Assembly (NCBI GenBank): GCA_963813355.1
Contig: CAWEYS010000008.1
Span: forward strand, 21,629-85,628
DNA: 64,000 bases
Direction: 5' to 3'
Source of the DNA: Miltoncostaeaceae bacterium
GTDB taxonomy: Bacteria > Actinomycetota > Thermoleophilia > Miltoncostaeales > Miltoncostaeaceae
Both the position numbers and the translations under genes were made by a program. Positions 14,883 through 24,509 of this stretch are shown one piece after another (position 1 is the first letter of the stretch; every line of letters begins with the position of its first letter). The notes beneath the pieces are model-generated. The model was not told the DNA's origin and made no database searches. It was given only the letters and a program-made list of their open reading frames with translations.

Positions 14883-17012
14883 ATGGCGATGAGAGACGAC
14901 GACAAGCTGGTCCGGCAGCTCTCGCTGGTCGCCTTCCTGATGGCCCAGCAGCGGCCGGTCACCGCCGACGAGATCCACGAGGCCGTGGAGGGCTACGGCG
15001 GCATGAGCGAGCAGGCCTTCCTGCGCCGCTTCTACGCCGACCGCGCCGAGATCGAGGGGATGGGCCTGCGCCTGGCCGTGGAGCGGCCGGGCGACGACCC
15101 CTTCCAGGGCGACCTCTACGCGCTCCCGCCCGAGAACTACTACCTGCCGGAGCTCGACTTCGACCCGGCCGAGCTCTCGGCGCTCCAGACCTGCCTCTAC
15201 CTGCTCGAGGGGCAGTTCGCCTACGCCGAGCCCCTGCGCCTCGCCCTGCAGCACCTCACGCTCGGGCGCCCGAGCCCGCTGGACGACCACGCGGCGCGCA
15301 CGGTCTCGCTGAACCTCCTCGGCGGTGACTACTCGCCCGAGGTCGCCGCCCACCTGACCAAGATCGAGTCGGCGATCAGCCGCCGCAAGACGATCCGGTT
15401 CACCTACTACTCGATCGGGCGCGACGAGCGGTCCGAGCGCGAGGTCGACCCCTACAGCCTGCTCTACTCCGCGGGGAACTGGTACGTCGTGGGCTGGTCG
15501 CACGAGCGCGAGGACACGCGGATGTTCCGCCTGTCGCGCATCGAGGGGCGCATCACCTTCAAGACGCGCGCCGAGCACGACTTCCCGGCTCCCCAGGACT
15601 TCGACCTGTCGCGCTACCGCGACCGGGCGCCGTGGCAGCTCGACGACGCCGACCAGACGGCCACCATCGCCCTCACCCCCACCATCGCGTGGTGGGTCGA
15701 GCAGATGTTCGGCGCCTACGGCGAGACCGCCATCGGCGCCGACGGGGCGGGGGTCTACACCACGCCGTACGCCAACCGGAGCGAGCTGGCGGCGTGGATC
15801 CTCGGCCTCGGGGCCGAGGCCCAGGTGCTCGACCCGCCCGACCTCCGCGACGCCGTGGTCTCGGCCCTCGAGCTGGTCGCCGACCGCCACCAGGCCGACG
15901 GCGGCCGGGTGACGCCGCCCGCCGAGGTCGTGGCGTCGCCGCCCCCCGCCGAGACCCCCACCGCGGCGGGCGGCGGATCGCAGGCGCCGGAGCGGGTCGT
16001 CCCCGCCGAGCGCTTCGCCCGTCTCCTCGCGCTCATGACGCGGCTCCTGTCGGCCTGCGGCGAGTCGGCCGAGGCCCAGATCCCGGTCGCGGAGCTGCGC
16101 CAGGCCCTCAACCTCGACAAGAAGGTCCTCGAGGACGACATCGGCCTCCTCAACCTCATCAACTTCGGCGGGGGCTGCTACGCCCTCTACGCGCAGATCG
16201 AGGGCGACACCGTCGTGGTGCAGAAGGAGACCTACGGCGACCGCTTCAGCCGGCCCGCCCGGCTCTCGCCGCTCGAGGCGAAGGCGCTGCTGTGGGCGCT
16301 CGAGTTCATCGGCGACCGGCTGCCGACCGAGGACGGCGGGTCCCTCGGCTCGGTGCGGGCCAAGCTCGAGGCGGCCATCGGCGAGGACGACCTGCCCACC
16401 GTCGAGCTCGGCCGCGCCCAGGTCGCCGACAGCGGCGTCGCGGCCGCGGTCAGCCACGCCATCCGCGAGGACCGGCTGCTGGAGATCGACTACTGGACCG
16501 AGTCGCGCGGCGCCATCACCCGGCGCGCGATCGAGCCCCACCTGCTCGTGAACGCCCAGGACGCCTGGTACGTGGTCGCCTACTGCCGGCGGGCCGGGGG
16601 GCAGCGCACCTTCCGCCTCGACCGCATCCGCAGCGCGAGCCTCATGGACGAGGTCTTCGAGCGGCGGCCAGAGATCACCAACACCGGGCCCTACATGCCC
16701 TGGGGCTCCCGCCCGCAGCCGGGCGGCACCGTCGCCCAGAGCGCCTCGGTCTGGTGCACGCCCGCCCTGGCCCGCTGGATGCTCGAGAAGCACGGCTCGC
16801 GCGAGCGCTTCGCCGACGGCTCCGTGCTCGTCGAGATCCCCTACGCCAGCGAGGACTGGCTGGTGAAGGAGCTCCTCAAGTACCAGGGCGAGGCCGTGCT
16901 GTTCGAGCCGGTCTCGCTGCGGCGCACCGTCGCCGAGCTCGCGGCCCAGGTCCTGGACCGCTACGGCGCCGACCGCCCCAGCGGCGGCCGGCGGCGCGCC
17001 CCCACGCGCTAG
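14883..17012 (+). CDS. fused PafB-PafC-like transcriptional regulator (tandem HTH-WYL-WCX modules)
   Basis: 709 aa made of two repeats. Each repeat has an N-terminal wHTH and a WYL motif (NWYVVGWSHEREDTRMFRLSRI and AWYVVAYCRRAGGQRTFRLDRI). GGAG lies upstream of the ATG. Confidence 0.8.
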   Translation: MAMRDDDKLVRQLSLVAFLMAQQRPVTADEIHEAVEGYGGMSEQAFLRRFYADRAEIEGMGLRLAVERPGDDPFQGDLYALPPENYYLPELDFDPAELSALQTCLYLLEGQFAYAEPLRLALQHLTLGRPSPLDDHAARTVSLNLLGGDYSPEVAAHLTKIESAISRRKTIRFTYYSIGRDERSEREVDPYSLLYSAGNWYVVGWSHEREDTRMFRLSRIEGRITFKTRAEHDFPAPQDFDLSRYRDRAPWQLDDADQTATIALTPTIAWWVEQMFGAYGETAIGADGAGVYTTPYANRSELAAWILGLGAEAQVLDPPDLRDAVVSALELVADRHQADGGRVTPPAEVVASPPPAETPTAAGGGSQAPERVVPAERFARLLALMTRLLSACGESAEAQIPVAELRQALNLDKKVLEDDIGLLNLINFGGGCYALYAQIEGDTVVVQKETYGDRFSRPARLSPLEAKALLWALEFIGDRLPTEDGGSLGSVRAKLEAAIGEDDLPTVELGRAQVADSGVAAAVSHAIREDRLLEIDYWTESRGAITRRAIEPHLLVNAQDAWYVVAYCRRAGGQRTFRLDRIRSASLMDEVFERRPEITNTGPYMPWGSRPQPGGTVAQSASVWCTPALARWMLEKHGSRERFADGSVLVEIPYASEDWLVKELLKYQGEAVLFEPVSLRRTVAELAAQVLDRYGADRPSGGRRRAPTR

Positions 17013-17026
17013 CCTCAAGGCGCAGA

Positions 17027-17567
17027 ATGCGGGCCGCTCTCCCGGCGTTCGCGGCAGCGATCGCGGCCCTCAGCGCCCTCACGGCCGCCGGCTGCGGCGA
17101 CGAGGGGTCGGCGCTGGAGGAGGCGCTCCGGGACGCCCTGGGCGGAGTCGGGCTCGACAACTCCCTGGCCGGCCCCCCGGAGACCTACGAGGGTGCGTTC
17201 CGCCTCGCCGACGACCGCTTCCTCTGCGCCCTCGGCGCCCGGGGGGCCTACTGCGTGACCGATGACGCGCCGCAGGGTCGTCAACGTCACGCACCTGGGC
17301 GTGGTGACCAGCGGCCGGACGCACGGCCGGCAGGCGTTTCCCGCCGGAGAGCCGCGCGACATCGACGGGGGCGAGGCGATCGTGAACGGACCGGAGAGCG
17401 TCGCCTGCGGCTCCAAGGATGGCCGCTCGGTCTGGTGCATCGCCCCGGAGCCGGGCGGGGGCTTCGCGCTCGACGGCTCCCGTTCCGGCGTCCGGAGTCT
17501 CCAGGACAGCACCACGTTCCGCGGTGGACCGCTCGGGGCGCCACCGTCTCCCCCGAGCCCCGACTAG
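17027..17567 (+). pseudogene. secreted lipoprotein gene interrupted by a 1-nt frameshift (or assembly error)
   Basis: Lipobox signal MRAALPAFAAAIAALSALTAAGC is in frame 2, with strong GC3 up to about 17260. The GC3 signal then jumps to frame 0 (17262..17567). Frame 2 continues as Arg-rich nonsense with no stop until 18586. Confidence 0.55.
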
Positions 17568-18688
17568 CCCCTCGAACCACCCGTGCGAAGGGGCGCCGCC
17601 CAGAACCGCTGGCCCTCCCCGCGCACCGCCAGGCCCTCGACCTCGAGCAGGGCGAGCGCGCCGGAGACCGCCGCAGCCTCCTCCTCCAGCTCCTCGGCGA
17701 GCTGGTCGGCGCCCATGGGCTCGCGCTGGAGCAGCGAGTGGATCCGGCCGCCGAGCCCGTCGAGCGCCTCCGAGGCGGCGGGCGAGGCGTCGCTCCATGC
17801 CGCGTCGGCGAGCTCGGCCACCACGTCCTCCGGCCCCTCGAGGAGGGCCGCGCCCGCCCGGAGGAGCCCGTTGCAGCCCTCCGAGGCCAGCGCGCCCGGC
17901 CACCCCGGCACCGCCAGCACGGGACGGCCCAGCTCCAGCGCGAAGTCCGCCGTGATCAGCGCCCCGGAGCGCCGGCCGGCCTCCACGACCGCAACCGCCT
18001 GGGCGAGGCCCGCGACGATCCGGTTGCGCGCCGGGAAGCGCCACGGGGCCGGGGCCGTGCCGGGCCAGTACTCCGACAGCAGGGCGCCCGTCTCGGCGAT
18101 CCGCCCCGCCAGGCGGCGGTTGCGGCGCGGGTAGGGCACGTCGATGCCGCAGCCGAGGACCGCGACCGTCAGGCCGCCCCCCTCCAGCGCCCCCTCGTGC
18201 GCGGCCGCGTCGATGCCGTGCGCCATGCCGCTGACGATGACGGCGCCCCGCTCGCCCAGGCGCCCGGCCAGCCCGCGGGCGAGCGCCCGGCCCTGCGCCG
18301 TGGCGCGCCGGCTGCCGACGATCGCCACGACCGGGCCGGCGGCGATGGCCGCCAGCGCCCGATCGACCTGGCCGCGCGCGAAGAGGCCGAACGGCGGGTC
18401 GTGGAGCTCGTCGAGCCGCCGGGGGTAGCGGGGGTCGGAGGCGCCGACGTGCCCGATCCCGCCCGCCTCCAGGCGGCGCCGCTCCGCGGTCGCATCGAAG
18501 CGCCGGCGCGCCGCGACGGCGGCGTCGAGCTCCGCCCCGGCGAGCCCGAGGGCCCGTCCCAGGGCCTCGCGATCGGCCCGCCATAGCGCCCGCCCGCCGC
18601 CGGCCCGCCGCGCGCCGCGCTGGAGGTCCCGCCCGAGGGCCTGCGCCAGGCGGGCGAGCCCCAGCGCCCAGTCGTCGGGGTGCGTCAC
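17564..18688 (-). CDS. dprA: DNA processing protein DprA (Smf)
   Basis: VAIVGSRRATAQGRALARGLAGRLGERGAVIVSGMAHGIDAAAHEGAL plus a C-terminal wHTH. The GTG at 18688 overlaps the comM stop (GTGA). Confidence 0.9.
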   Translation of the reverse strand: MTHPDDWALGLARLAQALGRDLQRGARRAGGGRALWRADREALGRALGLAGAELDAAVAARRRFDATAERRRLEAGGIGHVGASDPRYPRRLDELHDPPFGLFARGQVDRALAAIAAGPVVAIVGSRRATAQGRALARGLAGRLGERGAVIVSGMAHGIDAAAHEGALEGGGLTVAVLGCGIDVPYPRRNRRLAGRIAETGALLSEYWPGTAPAPWRFPARNRIVAGLAQAVAVVEAGRRSGALITADFALELGRPVLAVPGWPGALASEGCNGLLRAGAALLEGPEDVVAELADAAWSDASPAASEALDGLGGRIHSLLQREPMGADQLAEELEEEAAAVSGALALLEVEGLAVRGEGQRFWAAPLRTGGSRG

Positions 18689-20220
18689 GCGGCGACGGCT
18701 CCGCCGTCCGCGACGGGCACGCGGTAGCCGAGGGCCTCCGCGAGGTGCTCCTCCCCCACCACCTCCTCGCCGGCGAGGTCGGCGATGGTGCGCGCCACGC
18801 GCAGCAGGCGGTCGTGGGCGCGGGCCGACAGGCCGAGACGGTCGACCGCCCTCCCCAGCAGGCCCCGCGCGCGGCCGTCCAGCCCGGCCGCGCGCCGGGC
18901 GGCCGCGGCCTCGAGCTGCGCGTTCGGCCCGGCCTGCCCGCGCCCCTCCGCGTGCCGCCTGGCCGCCGCGACGCGGGCCCGCACGGGCGCGCTCGCCTCG
19001 CTCGGCTCCCCATCGAGGACCTCGTCGCGGGCGAGGCGCGGCACGCCGACGTGGAGGTCGATCCGGTCGAGCACCGGGCCCGACAGCCGCGCGCGGTAGG
19101 CCTCGGCGCGACCGGGAGGGCAGACGCACCGGCGGACGGGGTCCCCGTCGAAGCCGCAGGGGCAGGGGTTCCCGGCACAGACCAGCAGTGGCCGCGCCGG
19201 GAAGCGGGCGCTCACCATGGCCCGCGCGACGTCGATCCGGCCCTCCTCGAGGGGCTGGCGGAGTGCGTCGAGGGCGGAGGGCGCGAAGGCGCACACCTCG
19301 TCGAGGAAGAGCACCCCCTGATGAGCGAGGCTCACCTCGCCGGGCCGCGGCAGGCGGCCGCCCCCGACGAGGCCGGGGGCCGAGATCGTGTGGTGGGGCG
19401 CGCGGAACGGCCGCCGCGTGACCAGTGGGCAGCCGGCGTCGAGCAGCCCCGCCACCGAGTGGATGCGGGTGACCTCGATCGCCTCGTCCAGCGAGAGCGG
19501 CGGCAGGAGCCCCGGCAGCCGCCGGGCGAGCATGGTCTTGCCGCCCCCGGGGGGCCCGACCATGAGCATGGAGTGCCCGCCGGCGGCGGCCACCTCGAGC
19601 GCCCGCCGGGCGGCACCCTGCCCGCGCACCTCGGCGAGGTCGGGGCCGGGCGCCCGGGCGCCGCCCGCCAGCAGCGCGGCCGCGTCGAGCCGCACGAGCG
19701 AGGGCTCGGTGCGCCCCTCCAGGAGGTCGACGGCGGCGCGCAGGGTCGCGGGGCCGAGGACCTCGACACCGGGCACCAGAGCCGCCTCCGATGCGTTGCC
19801 GCGGGGCACGACCAGGCGCCTCCAACCGCGGCGCACCGCGTGCTCCGCCATCGCGAGCGCCCCGGGCACCGGCCGCAGGGACCCGTCGAGCGCGAGCTCG
19901 CCCACGGCCCCCACGCCCGCGAGCGCCGCCGGCGCCAGCTGCCCGGAGGCGCAGAGGATGGCCAGCGCGAGCGCGAGGTCGTACTGAGGGCCCGCCTTGC
20001 GCAGGTCGGCCGGGGCGAGGTTGGCCACGATCCGCCGCGCGGGCACGGCGAACGCCTGGTTGGCGATCCCCGAGCGCACGCGCTCGCGGGCCTCCTGGAC
20101 GGCGGCGTCCGGCAGGCCGACCACCGAGAAGGCGGGCAGGCCGGCGCGCAGGTCGACCTCCACCTCCACCGTGGAGGTCTCGAGGCCGAGGACGGCGGGG
20201 CTGACGAGCCGGGCGACCAC
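18685..20220 (-). CDS. comM: Mg-chelatase-like ATPase ComM/YifB
   Basis: N-terminal Lon-protease-like domain and AAA+ Walker A MLMVGPPGGGKTM. GTG 20220 gives the canonical MVARLVSPAVLG... N-terminus. An alternative GTG lies at 20304. Confidence 0.9.
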   Translation of the reverse strand: MVARLVSPAVLGLETSTVEVEVDLRAGLPAFSVVGLPDAAVQEARERVRSGIANQAFAVPARRIVANLAPADLRKAGPQYDLALALAILCASGQLAPAALAGVGAVGELALDGSLRPVPGALAMAEHAVRRGWRRLVVPRGNASEAALVPGVEVLGPATLRAAVDLLEGRTEPSLVRLDAAALLAGGARAPGPDLAEVRGQGAARRALEVAAAGGHSMLMVGPPGGGKTMLARRLPGLLPPLSLDEAIEVTRIHSVAGLLDAGCPLVTRRPFRAPHHTISAPGLVGGGRLPRPGEVSLAHQGVLFLDEVCAFAPSALDALRQPLEEGRIDVARAMVSARFPARPLLVCAGNPCPCGFDGDPVRRCVCPPGRAEAYRARLSGPVLDRIDLHVGVPRLARDEVLDGEPSEASAPVRARVAAARRHAEGRGQAGPNAQLEAAAARRAAGLDGRARGLLGRAVDRLGLSARAHDRLLRVARTIADLAGEEVVGEEHLAEALGYRVPVADGGAVAA

Positions 20221-20347
20221 GGCGACGAGGCTGTCACCGGACGGACGACGGATCCGCGCCCGAGCGTGCCGGAAGGGCGCCGATGGTGCCACGGCGGCGA
20301 GCACCCCCGAGCGCCTAACCTGTGCGTGGCCGCAGGAGGAGGAGCCG

Positions 20348-20671
20348 GTGCAGTTCGATCACGTCGCCCAGCAGGTACCCGACATCGCCGAGGCCGTCGA
20401 GTGGCAGCGGCGCACGGTGCCCGGCACGACCGTCATCCACCAGGACCCCACCTGGGCGCTGGTGGAGTCCGGCGGGGCCCGCTTCGCCTTCGTGCTGCCG
20501 GACCAGCACCCGAGCCACGTCGCCTTCCGCGTGGACGACGCCGAGCTCGACCGCCTGGCCGCTGCGCACGGCACGGCGATCGCGACCCACCGCGACGCCA
20601 CCCGCAGCATCTACCTGCCGGGGCCCGGGCCGCTCCAGACCGAGATCATCTCCTACCCGCCCGACGCGTGA
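20348..20671 (+). CDS. VOC/glyoxalase family protein
   Basis: GTG 20348 follows AGGAGGAGGAG. 107 aa with FDHVAQQVPDI...SHVAFRVDD. Confidence 0.7.
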   Translation: MQFDHVAQQVPDIAEAVEWQRRTVPGTTVIHQDPTWALVESGGARFAFVLPDQHPSHVAFRVDDAELDRLAAAHGTAIATHRDATRSIYLPGPGPLQTEIISYPPDA

Positions 20672-21723
20672 GCGCGACCTACGAGCGCATCGCGGGCCTG
20701 CCCCTCCGCATCGAGGGCTACGAGCTCGAGATCCTCACGCTCCAGCTCGCGCCCGAGTTCACCCGCCTGACGACGGTCGTGACCCTTCACGGCGGCGGCG
20801 AGACGGGCGTCGGCGAGGACGTGGTCTACGACCCGGTCGACCACGAGGCCCAGCGGGCCGCCGGCCCGACGCTGCCCCTCGCCGGCGACTGGACGATCGA
20901 CGGCCTCGCGCGCCACCTCGACGGGTTGGACCTCTTCCCGCAGGAGCCGGTCCGGCCGTTCTCGCGCAACTACCGCCGCTGGGCCTTCGAGAGCGCCGCC
21001 CTCGACCTCGCCCTGCGCCAGGCAGGGGCCCCGCTGTCGGGCGCCCTCGGCAGGGAGCCGCGCCCGGTGACCTTCGTCGTCTCCACCCGCCTCGACGGCT
21101 CCGACGGCGCCGGGCGCGTGCGGCGCCTCCTCGAGGGCGCGCCGGGGCTCCGCTTCAAGCTCGACCCGACCGACGAGTGGACCCCGGCGCTCATCGAGGA
21201 GCTCGCGGGGACGGGCGCCGTCGACACCCTCGACATGAAGGGCGCCTACGACGACGTCCCGTTCGGCGTGCCGACCGACCCGCGCACCTACGAGCGCGTC
21301 GTGTCCGGCTTCCCGGACGCCTGGATCGAGGACCCCAAGCTGACGCCGGAGCTGCGCTCGGCGCTGATGGGGGCGGAGGACCGCGTCACCTGGGACGCGC
21401 CCATCCACTCGGTCGCGGACGTGCGGGCGCTCGAATGGACCCCGCGGATGATCAACGTCAAGCCGTCGCGGATCGGGCCGCTCCGCGAGCTCATGGCCGT
21501 CTACGACCACCTCCGAGACCATGGGATCGGCGCGTACGGAGGGGGCCAGACCGAGCTCGGCCCCGGTCGCGGGCAGATCCAGTACCTGGCCTCGCTGTTC
21601 CACCCCGACGGGCCCAACGACACGGCGCCGGGCGGCTACAACCACCCCGACATGCCGCCGGGGCTCCCGGGTCCACCACTGCCGGTCGCCGCCTCGCCGA
21701 CGGGCTTCCGTTGGGGGGAGTGA
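20668..21723 (+). CDS. enolase-superfamily (OSBS/MLE-like) protein
   Basis: The GTG overlaps the upstream stop (GTGA). The order of blocks FKLDPTDEW, IEDP, INVKPSRIG and GGGQTELGPGRGQIQYLASL fits the TIM-barrel metal/base residues of the superfamily. The substrate is unknown. Confidence 0.55.
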   Translation: MSATYERIAGLPLRIEGYELEILTLQLAPEFTRLTTVVTLHGGGETGVGEDVVYDPVDHEAQRAAGPTLPLAGDWTIDGLARHLDGLDLFPQEPVRPFSRNYRRWAFESAALDLALRQAGAPLSGALGREPRPVTFVVSTRLDGSDGAGRVRRLLEGAPGLRFKLDPTDEWTPALIEELAGTGAVDTLDMKGAYDDVPFGVPTDPRTYERVVSGFPDAWIEDPKLTPELRSALMGAEDRVTWDAPIHSVADVRALEWTPRMINVKPSRIGPLRELMAVYDHLRDHGIGAYGGGQTELGPGRGQIQYLASLFHPDGPNDTAPGGYNHPDMPPGLPGPPLPVAASPTGFRWGE

Positions 21724-21804
21724 CGGGGCCCGTCACACCCCCGCGCACCCCCTGACACGCCCCGGGCTGGAGCCGTCACGGCCGGGGGCGCCACCATCGC
21801 GGCC

Positions 21805-22164
21805 ATGGGAGATCGGACGGAGGAGGGGCGCCGCGGCGAGGCGGCCGCGGCGCGCCACCTGACGCGGCGGGGCTGGACGATCCTCGCCTCGCGCTGGCGC
21901 GGGGCGGGCGGGGAGCTCGACCTGGTGGCCGCGCGCGGCGGGATCGTGGCCATCTGCGAGGTCAAGGCGCGCGGCGATCCGGCCGTGCTCGACGAGCCGG
22001 TCACGGCGGCGCAGCGGGCCCGGATCGCGCGGGCGGCCGAGGCCTACCTGGCGGCCCACCCGGAGCTGGCGCACCGGACGGTGCGCCTCGACCTCATCGC
22101 GGTGCGCCTGGCCGGATGGCGGGTGCGCGTGGACCACCGGCCCGGGGTGATCGGGGCCCCGTGA
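21805..22164 (+). CDS. YraN family (UPF0102) endonuclease-like protein
   Basis: GEAAAARHLTRRGWTILASRWR...GELDLVAARGGIVAICEVKAR is the YraN signature. Confidence 0.8.
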   Translation: MGDRTEEGRRGEAAAARHLTRRGWTILASRWRGAGGELDLVAARGGIVAICEVKARGDPAVLDEPVTAAQRARIARAAEAYLAAHPELAHRTVRLDLIAVRLAGWRVRVDHRPGVIGAP

Positions 22165-22167
22165 GGG

Positions 22168-22851
22168 TCACCGGGCTGCCCAGGGTGCCGCGTAGCCCGG
22201 GTAGGCCATCGACTGGAAGGAGCGCCGGTGCAGCGGCGAGAGCCCCGAGGCCCGCAACGCCGCGTGGTGCTCGGGGGTCGCGTAGCCGACGTGCTGGTCG
22301 AAGCCGAAGCCGGGATAGGCCTCCGCCATCGGCCCGGCCATGAGGCGGTCGCGCGTGGTCTTGGCGATCACCGACGCGGCCGCGATGGACGCGCTGCGGT
22401 GGTCGCCCCCGACGACGGCCCGGTGGGCCGGCGCCCGCGGCCCGAGCCGGAAGCCGTCCACGAGGCAGATCGACGGGCAGGGCTCGATCGCGGCCAGGGC
22501 GCGGGCCAGCAGGCGCAGGTTCGTGCGGTGGAGCCCGTCCCGGTCGATCGTCGCCGGGCTCGCGACGAGCACGACGACCTGGTCCGCCTGGCGCAGGATC
22601 GCCTCGGCGACGCGGTGGCGGACGTCGGGGGCGAGGCGCTTGGAGTCGTCGAGGTCGCTCAGCGAGCGCCGGCCGCGGGGGGTGAGCCCCTCGAGGTCGA
22701 GGCAGACCGCCGCGACGACCAGGGGCCCGGCCAGGCAGCCGCGGCCCGCCTCGTCGGCGCCCGCCACCCGGCGGACCCCGAACTGGCGGTCATGGGCGAA
22801 CAGGCGCGCCGCGGGGCGGCGCCCGTTGACCCGCCGCCGCGTCGTCGCCAC
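22168..22851 (-). CDS. rnhB: ribonuclease HII
   Basis: VAGADEAGRGCLAGPLVVAAV active-site block, with DSKRL further along. Confidence 0.9.
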   Translation of the reverse strand: MATTRRRVNGRRPAARLFAHDRQFGVRRVAGADEAGRGCLAGPLVVAAVCLDLEGLTPRGRRSLSDLDDSKRLAPDVRHRVAEAILRQADQVVVLVASPATIDRDGLHRTNLRLLARALAAIEPCPSICLVDGFRLGPRAPAHRAVVGGDHRSASIAAASVIAKTTRDRLMAGPMAEAYPGFGFDQHVGYATPEHHAALRASGLSPLHRRSFQSMAYPGYAAPWAAR

Positions 22852-22858
22852 CTCCGGT

Positions 22859-23206
22859 CTAGGAGCGCTGCTTCTCGCGGATCCGGGCCTTCTTGCCGAC
22901 CTTGCCGCGGAGGTAGTAGAGCTTGGCCCGGTTGACGTCGCCCTCCATCACCCGCTGGATCCGCTCGATCTTGGGCGAGTGGATCGGGAAGGTGCGCTCG
23001 ACGCCCACGCCGAAGCTCTGCTTGCGCACGGTGAAGGTCTCGCGGTTGGTCGAGCCCTGCCGGCGGATGACCGTGCCCTCGAAGACCTGCACCCGCTGGC
23101 GCGAGCCCTCGATCACGCGGAAGTGCACGCGCACGGTGTCCCCCGCCTTGAAGTCGGGGACGTCGTCGCGGAGCTGCTCGCGCTCCAGGCTCTCGATGAC
23201 GCTCAT
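22859..23206 (-). CDS. rplS: 50S ribosomal protein L19
   Basis: [50 protein letters not shown] 23206 is the preferred start. Confidence 0.95.
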   Translation of the reverse strand: MSVIESLEREQLRDDVPDFKAGDTVRVHFRVIEGSRQRVQVFEGTVIRRQGSTNRETFTVRKQSFGVGVERTFPIHSPKIERIQRVMEGDVNRAKLYYLRGKVGKKARIREKQRS

Positions 23207-23306
23207 GGCACGTGCTCCTCGCTCGGCATGCCGGGTCGGGATCCGGCAAAACGACGGCGAGTTTAGCAAGGCCCGCGGCCGCCCCCGCGCGGCCCGCGGC
23301 GCCTGC

Positions 23307-23981
23307 TCAGGACGGCGGCGCCGTCACCCGCTCCGCGCGCCAGCGCGCGATCGCCCCGTGGTCGCCGGACAGCAGGACGTCCGGCACGCGGTGGCCGCGG
23401 AACTCCGCGGGGCGGGTGTAGTGGGGGTGCTCGAGGCCGCCGCCCAGCGCCTCGGAGAACGACTCGCCCTCGAGGCTCTCCGCGTTGCCGAGGGCGCCCG
23501 GCATGCGCCGTCCCACGGCGTCGACGACGGCCATCGCCGCGACCTCGCCGCCCGCGAGCACGAACGGCCCGAGGCTGATCGCGTCGTTCGCGAGGTCCTC
23601 GTGCACGCGCTCGTCGAAGCCCTCGTAGCGCCCGCACAGGAGCGTGAGGGCGGGCTCCTGCGCCAGCTCGCGCGCGACGGCGTCGGTCAGCGGCCGGCCC
23701 CGCGGCGTCAGCACGGCGACGCGCCGCTCGTCGCGGACGCGCCCGGCGTCCACCCCGTAGACGGCCTCGAGCGCGGCGGCCATGACGTCGACCCGCAGCA
23801 CCATCCCCGGGCCGCCGCCGTACGGCGCGTCGTCCACCTGGCCGTGGGGCAGCGGCGTCGTGTCGCGCGGGTTGAAGGCGCGCAGCTCCAGCCCCGCCGT
23901 CAGGGCGGCGTTCGCCAGGTGGCGCGGCCGCCGCATCCAGTCGAACCACTCCGGGAAGAGCGTGAAGACGTCGATGCGCAC
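23307..23981 (-). CDS. trmD: tRNA (guanine37-N1)-methyltransferase
   Basis: [13 protein letters not shown]... and [13 protein letters not shown] blocks. Confidence 0.95.
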   Translation of the reverse strand: MRIDVFTLFPEWFDWMRRPRHLANAALTAGLELRAFNPRDTTPLPHGQVDDAPYGGGPGMVLRVDVMAAALEAVYGVDAGRVRDERRVAVLTPRGRPLTDAVARELAQEPALTLLCGRYEGFDERVHEDLANDAISLGPFVLAGGEVAAMAVVDAVGRRMPGALGNAESLEGESFSEALGGGLEHPHYTRPAEFRGHRVPDVLLSGDHGAIARWRAERVTAPPS

Positions 23982-23983
23982 CG

Positions 23984-24493
23984 TCAGCTCCCGAACAGGT
24001 CGTCGCGGACGGCGATCCGGCGCGCCTCGGGCTCGACGGAGAGGACGGCGTCGCCGGTGAAGGGGACGAGCAGGACGCCCTCGTCACCCGCCACCTCCAG
24101 GACGTCGTTCCCGGGGGCGCCGTGAACCGCGGTCACGCGGCCCGCGTGGCGCCCGCCCACCAGCACGTCGCAGCCCACGAGGTCGCGGACGAAGAACGTG
24201 TCCGCGTCCGGGAGGGGTGCGACCCGGCCGCCGGCCACGCGGATCTCGGCGCCGGTGAGGGACGCGGCCTCGTCGCGGGTGGCGACGCCCTCGAAGGTGA
24301 GGATCGGGCGCTCCTGCGTGCCCGCCCGCGCGGCGACCACCAGCCGGCGTGAGGGGGCGTCCCCGGCGGTCGCGTCGACGGCGTCGCCGGGCGCCAGCGT
24401 CGCCAGCGTCGCGCCCGTCGCCGTGGCCCGCACCGCGCCGCGCGTTCCGTGGGGGCGGCCGATCACGCCGATCACGACCGAGCCCTCCTCCAT
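23984..24493 (-). CDS. rimM: 16S rRNA processing protein RimM
   Basis: IGVIGRPHGTRGAVR N-terminus plus a PRC-barrel C-terminus. It sits in the conserved rpsP-KH-rimM-trmD-rplS context. Confidence 0.9.
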   Translation of the reverse strand: MEEGSVVIGVIGRPHGTRGAVRATATGATLATLAPGDAVDATAGDAPSRRLVVAARAGTQERPILTFEGVATRDEAASLTGAEIRVAGGRVAPLPDADTFFVRDLVGCDVLVGGRHAGRVTAVHGAPGNDVLEVAGDEGVLLVPFTGDAVLSVEPEARRIAVRDDLFGS

Positions 24494-24509
24494 GGCGGCC
24501 GGCGCGCTC

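Noticed and set aside
17564-17567. Convergent genes sharing overlapping stop codons (CTAG at 17564..17567 for the lipoprotein and dprA; TTAG at 9886..9889 for the aldo/keto reductase and the unknown protein).
   Set aside because: This is a real but trivial consequence of tight packing, with no functional implication that I can support.
15632-19178. Giant ORFs 15632..18586 (+, 984 aa) and 17079..19178 (-, 699 aa) spanning the pafBC-like, lipoprotein and dprA genes. Similar cases are 401..2374, 846..2948, 38337..41324, 51231..53729 and 51437..53968.
   Set aside because: They have Arg/Gly/Pro-rich nonsense composition and poor GC3 compared with the overlapping motif-bearing frames. This is typical of high-GC shadow frames. 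Only the terminal parts of some of them correspond to real genes.
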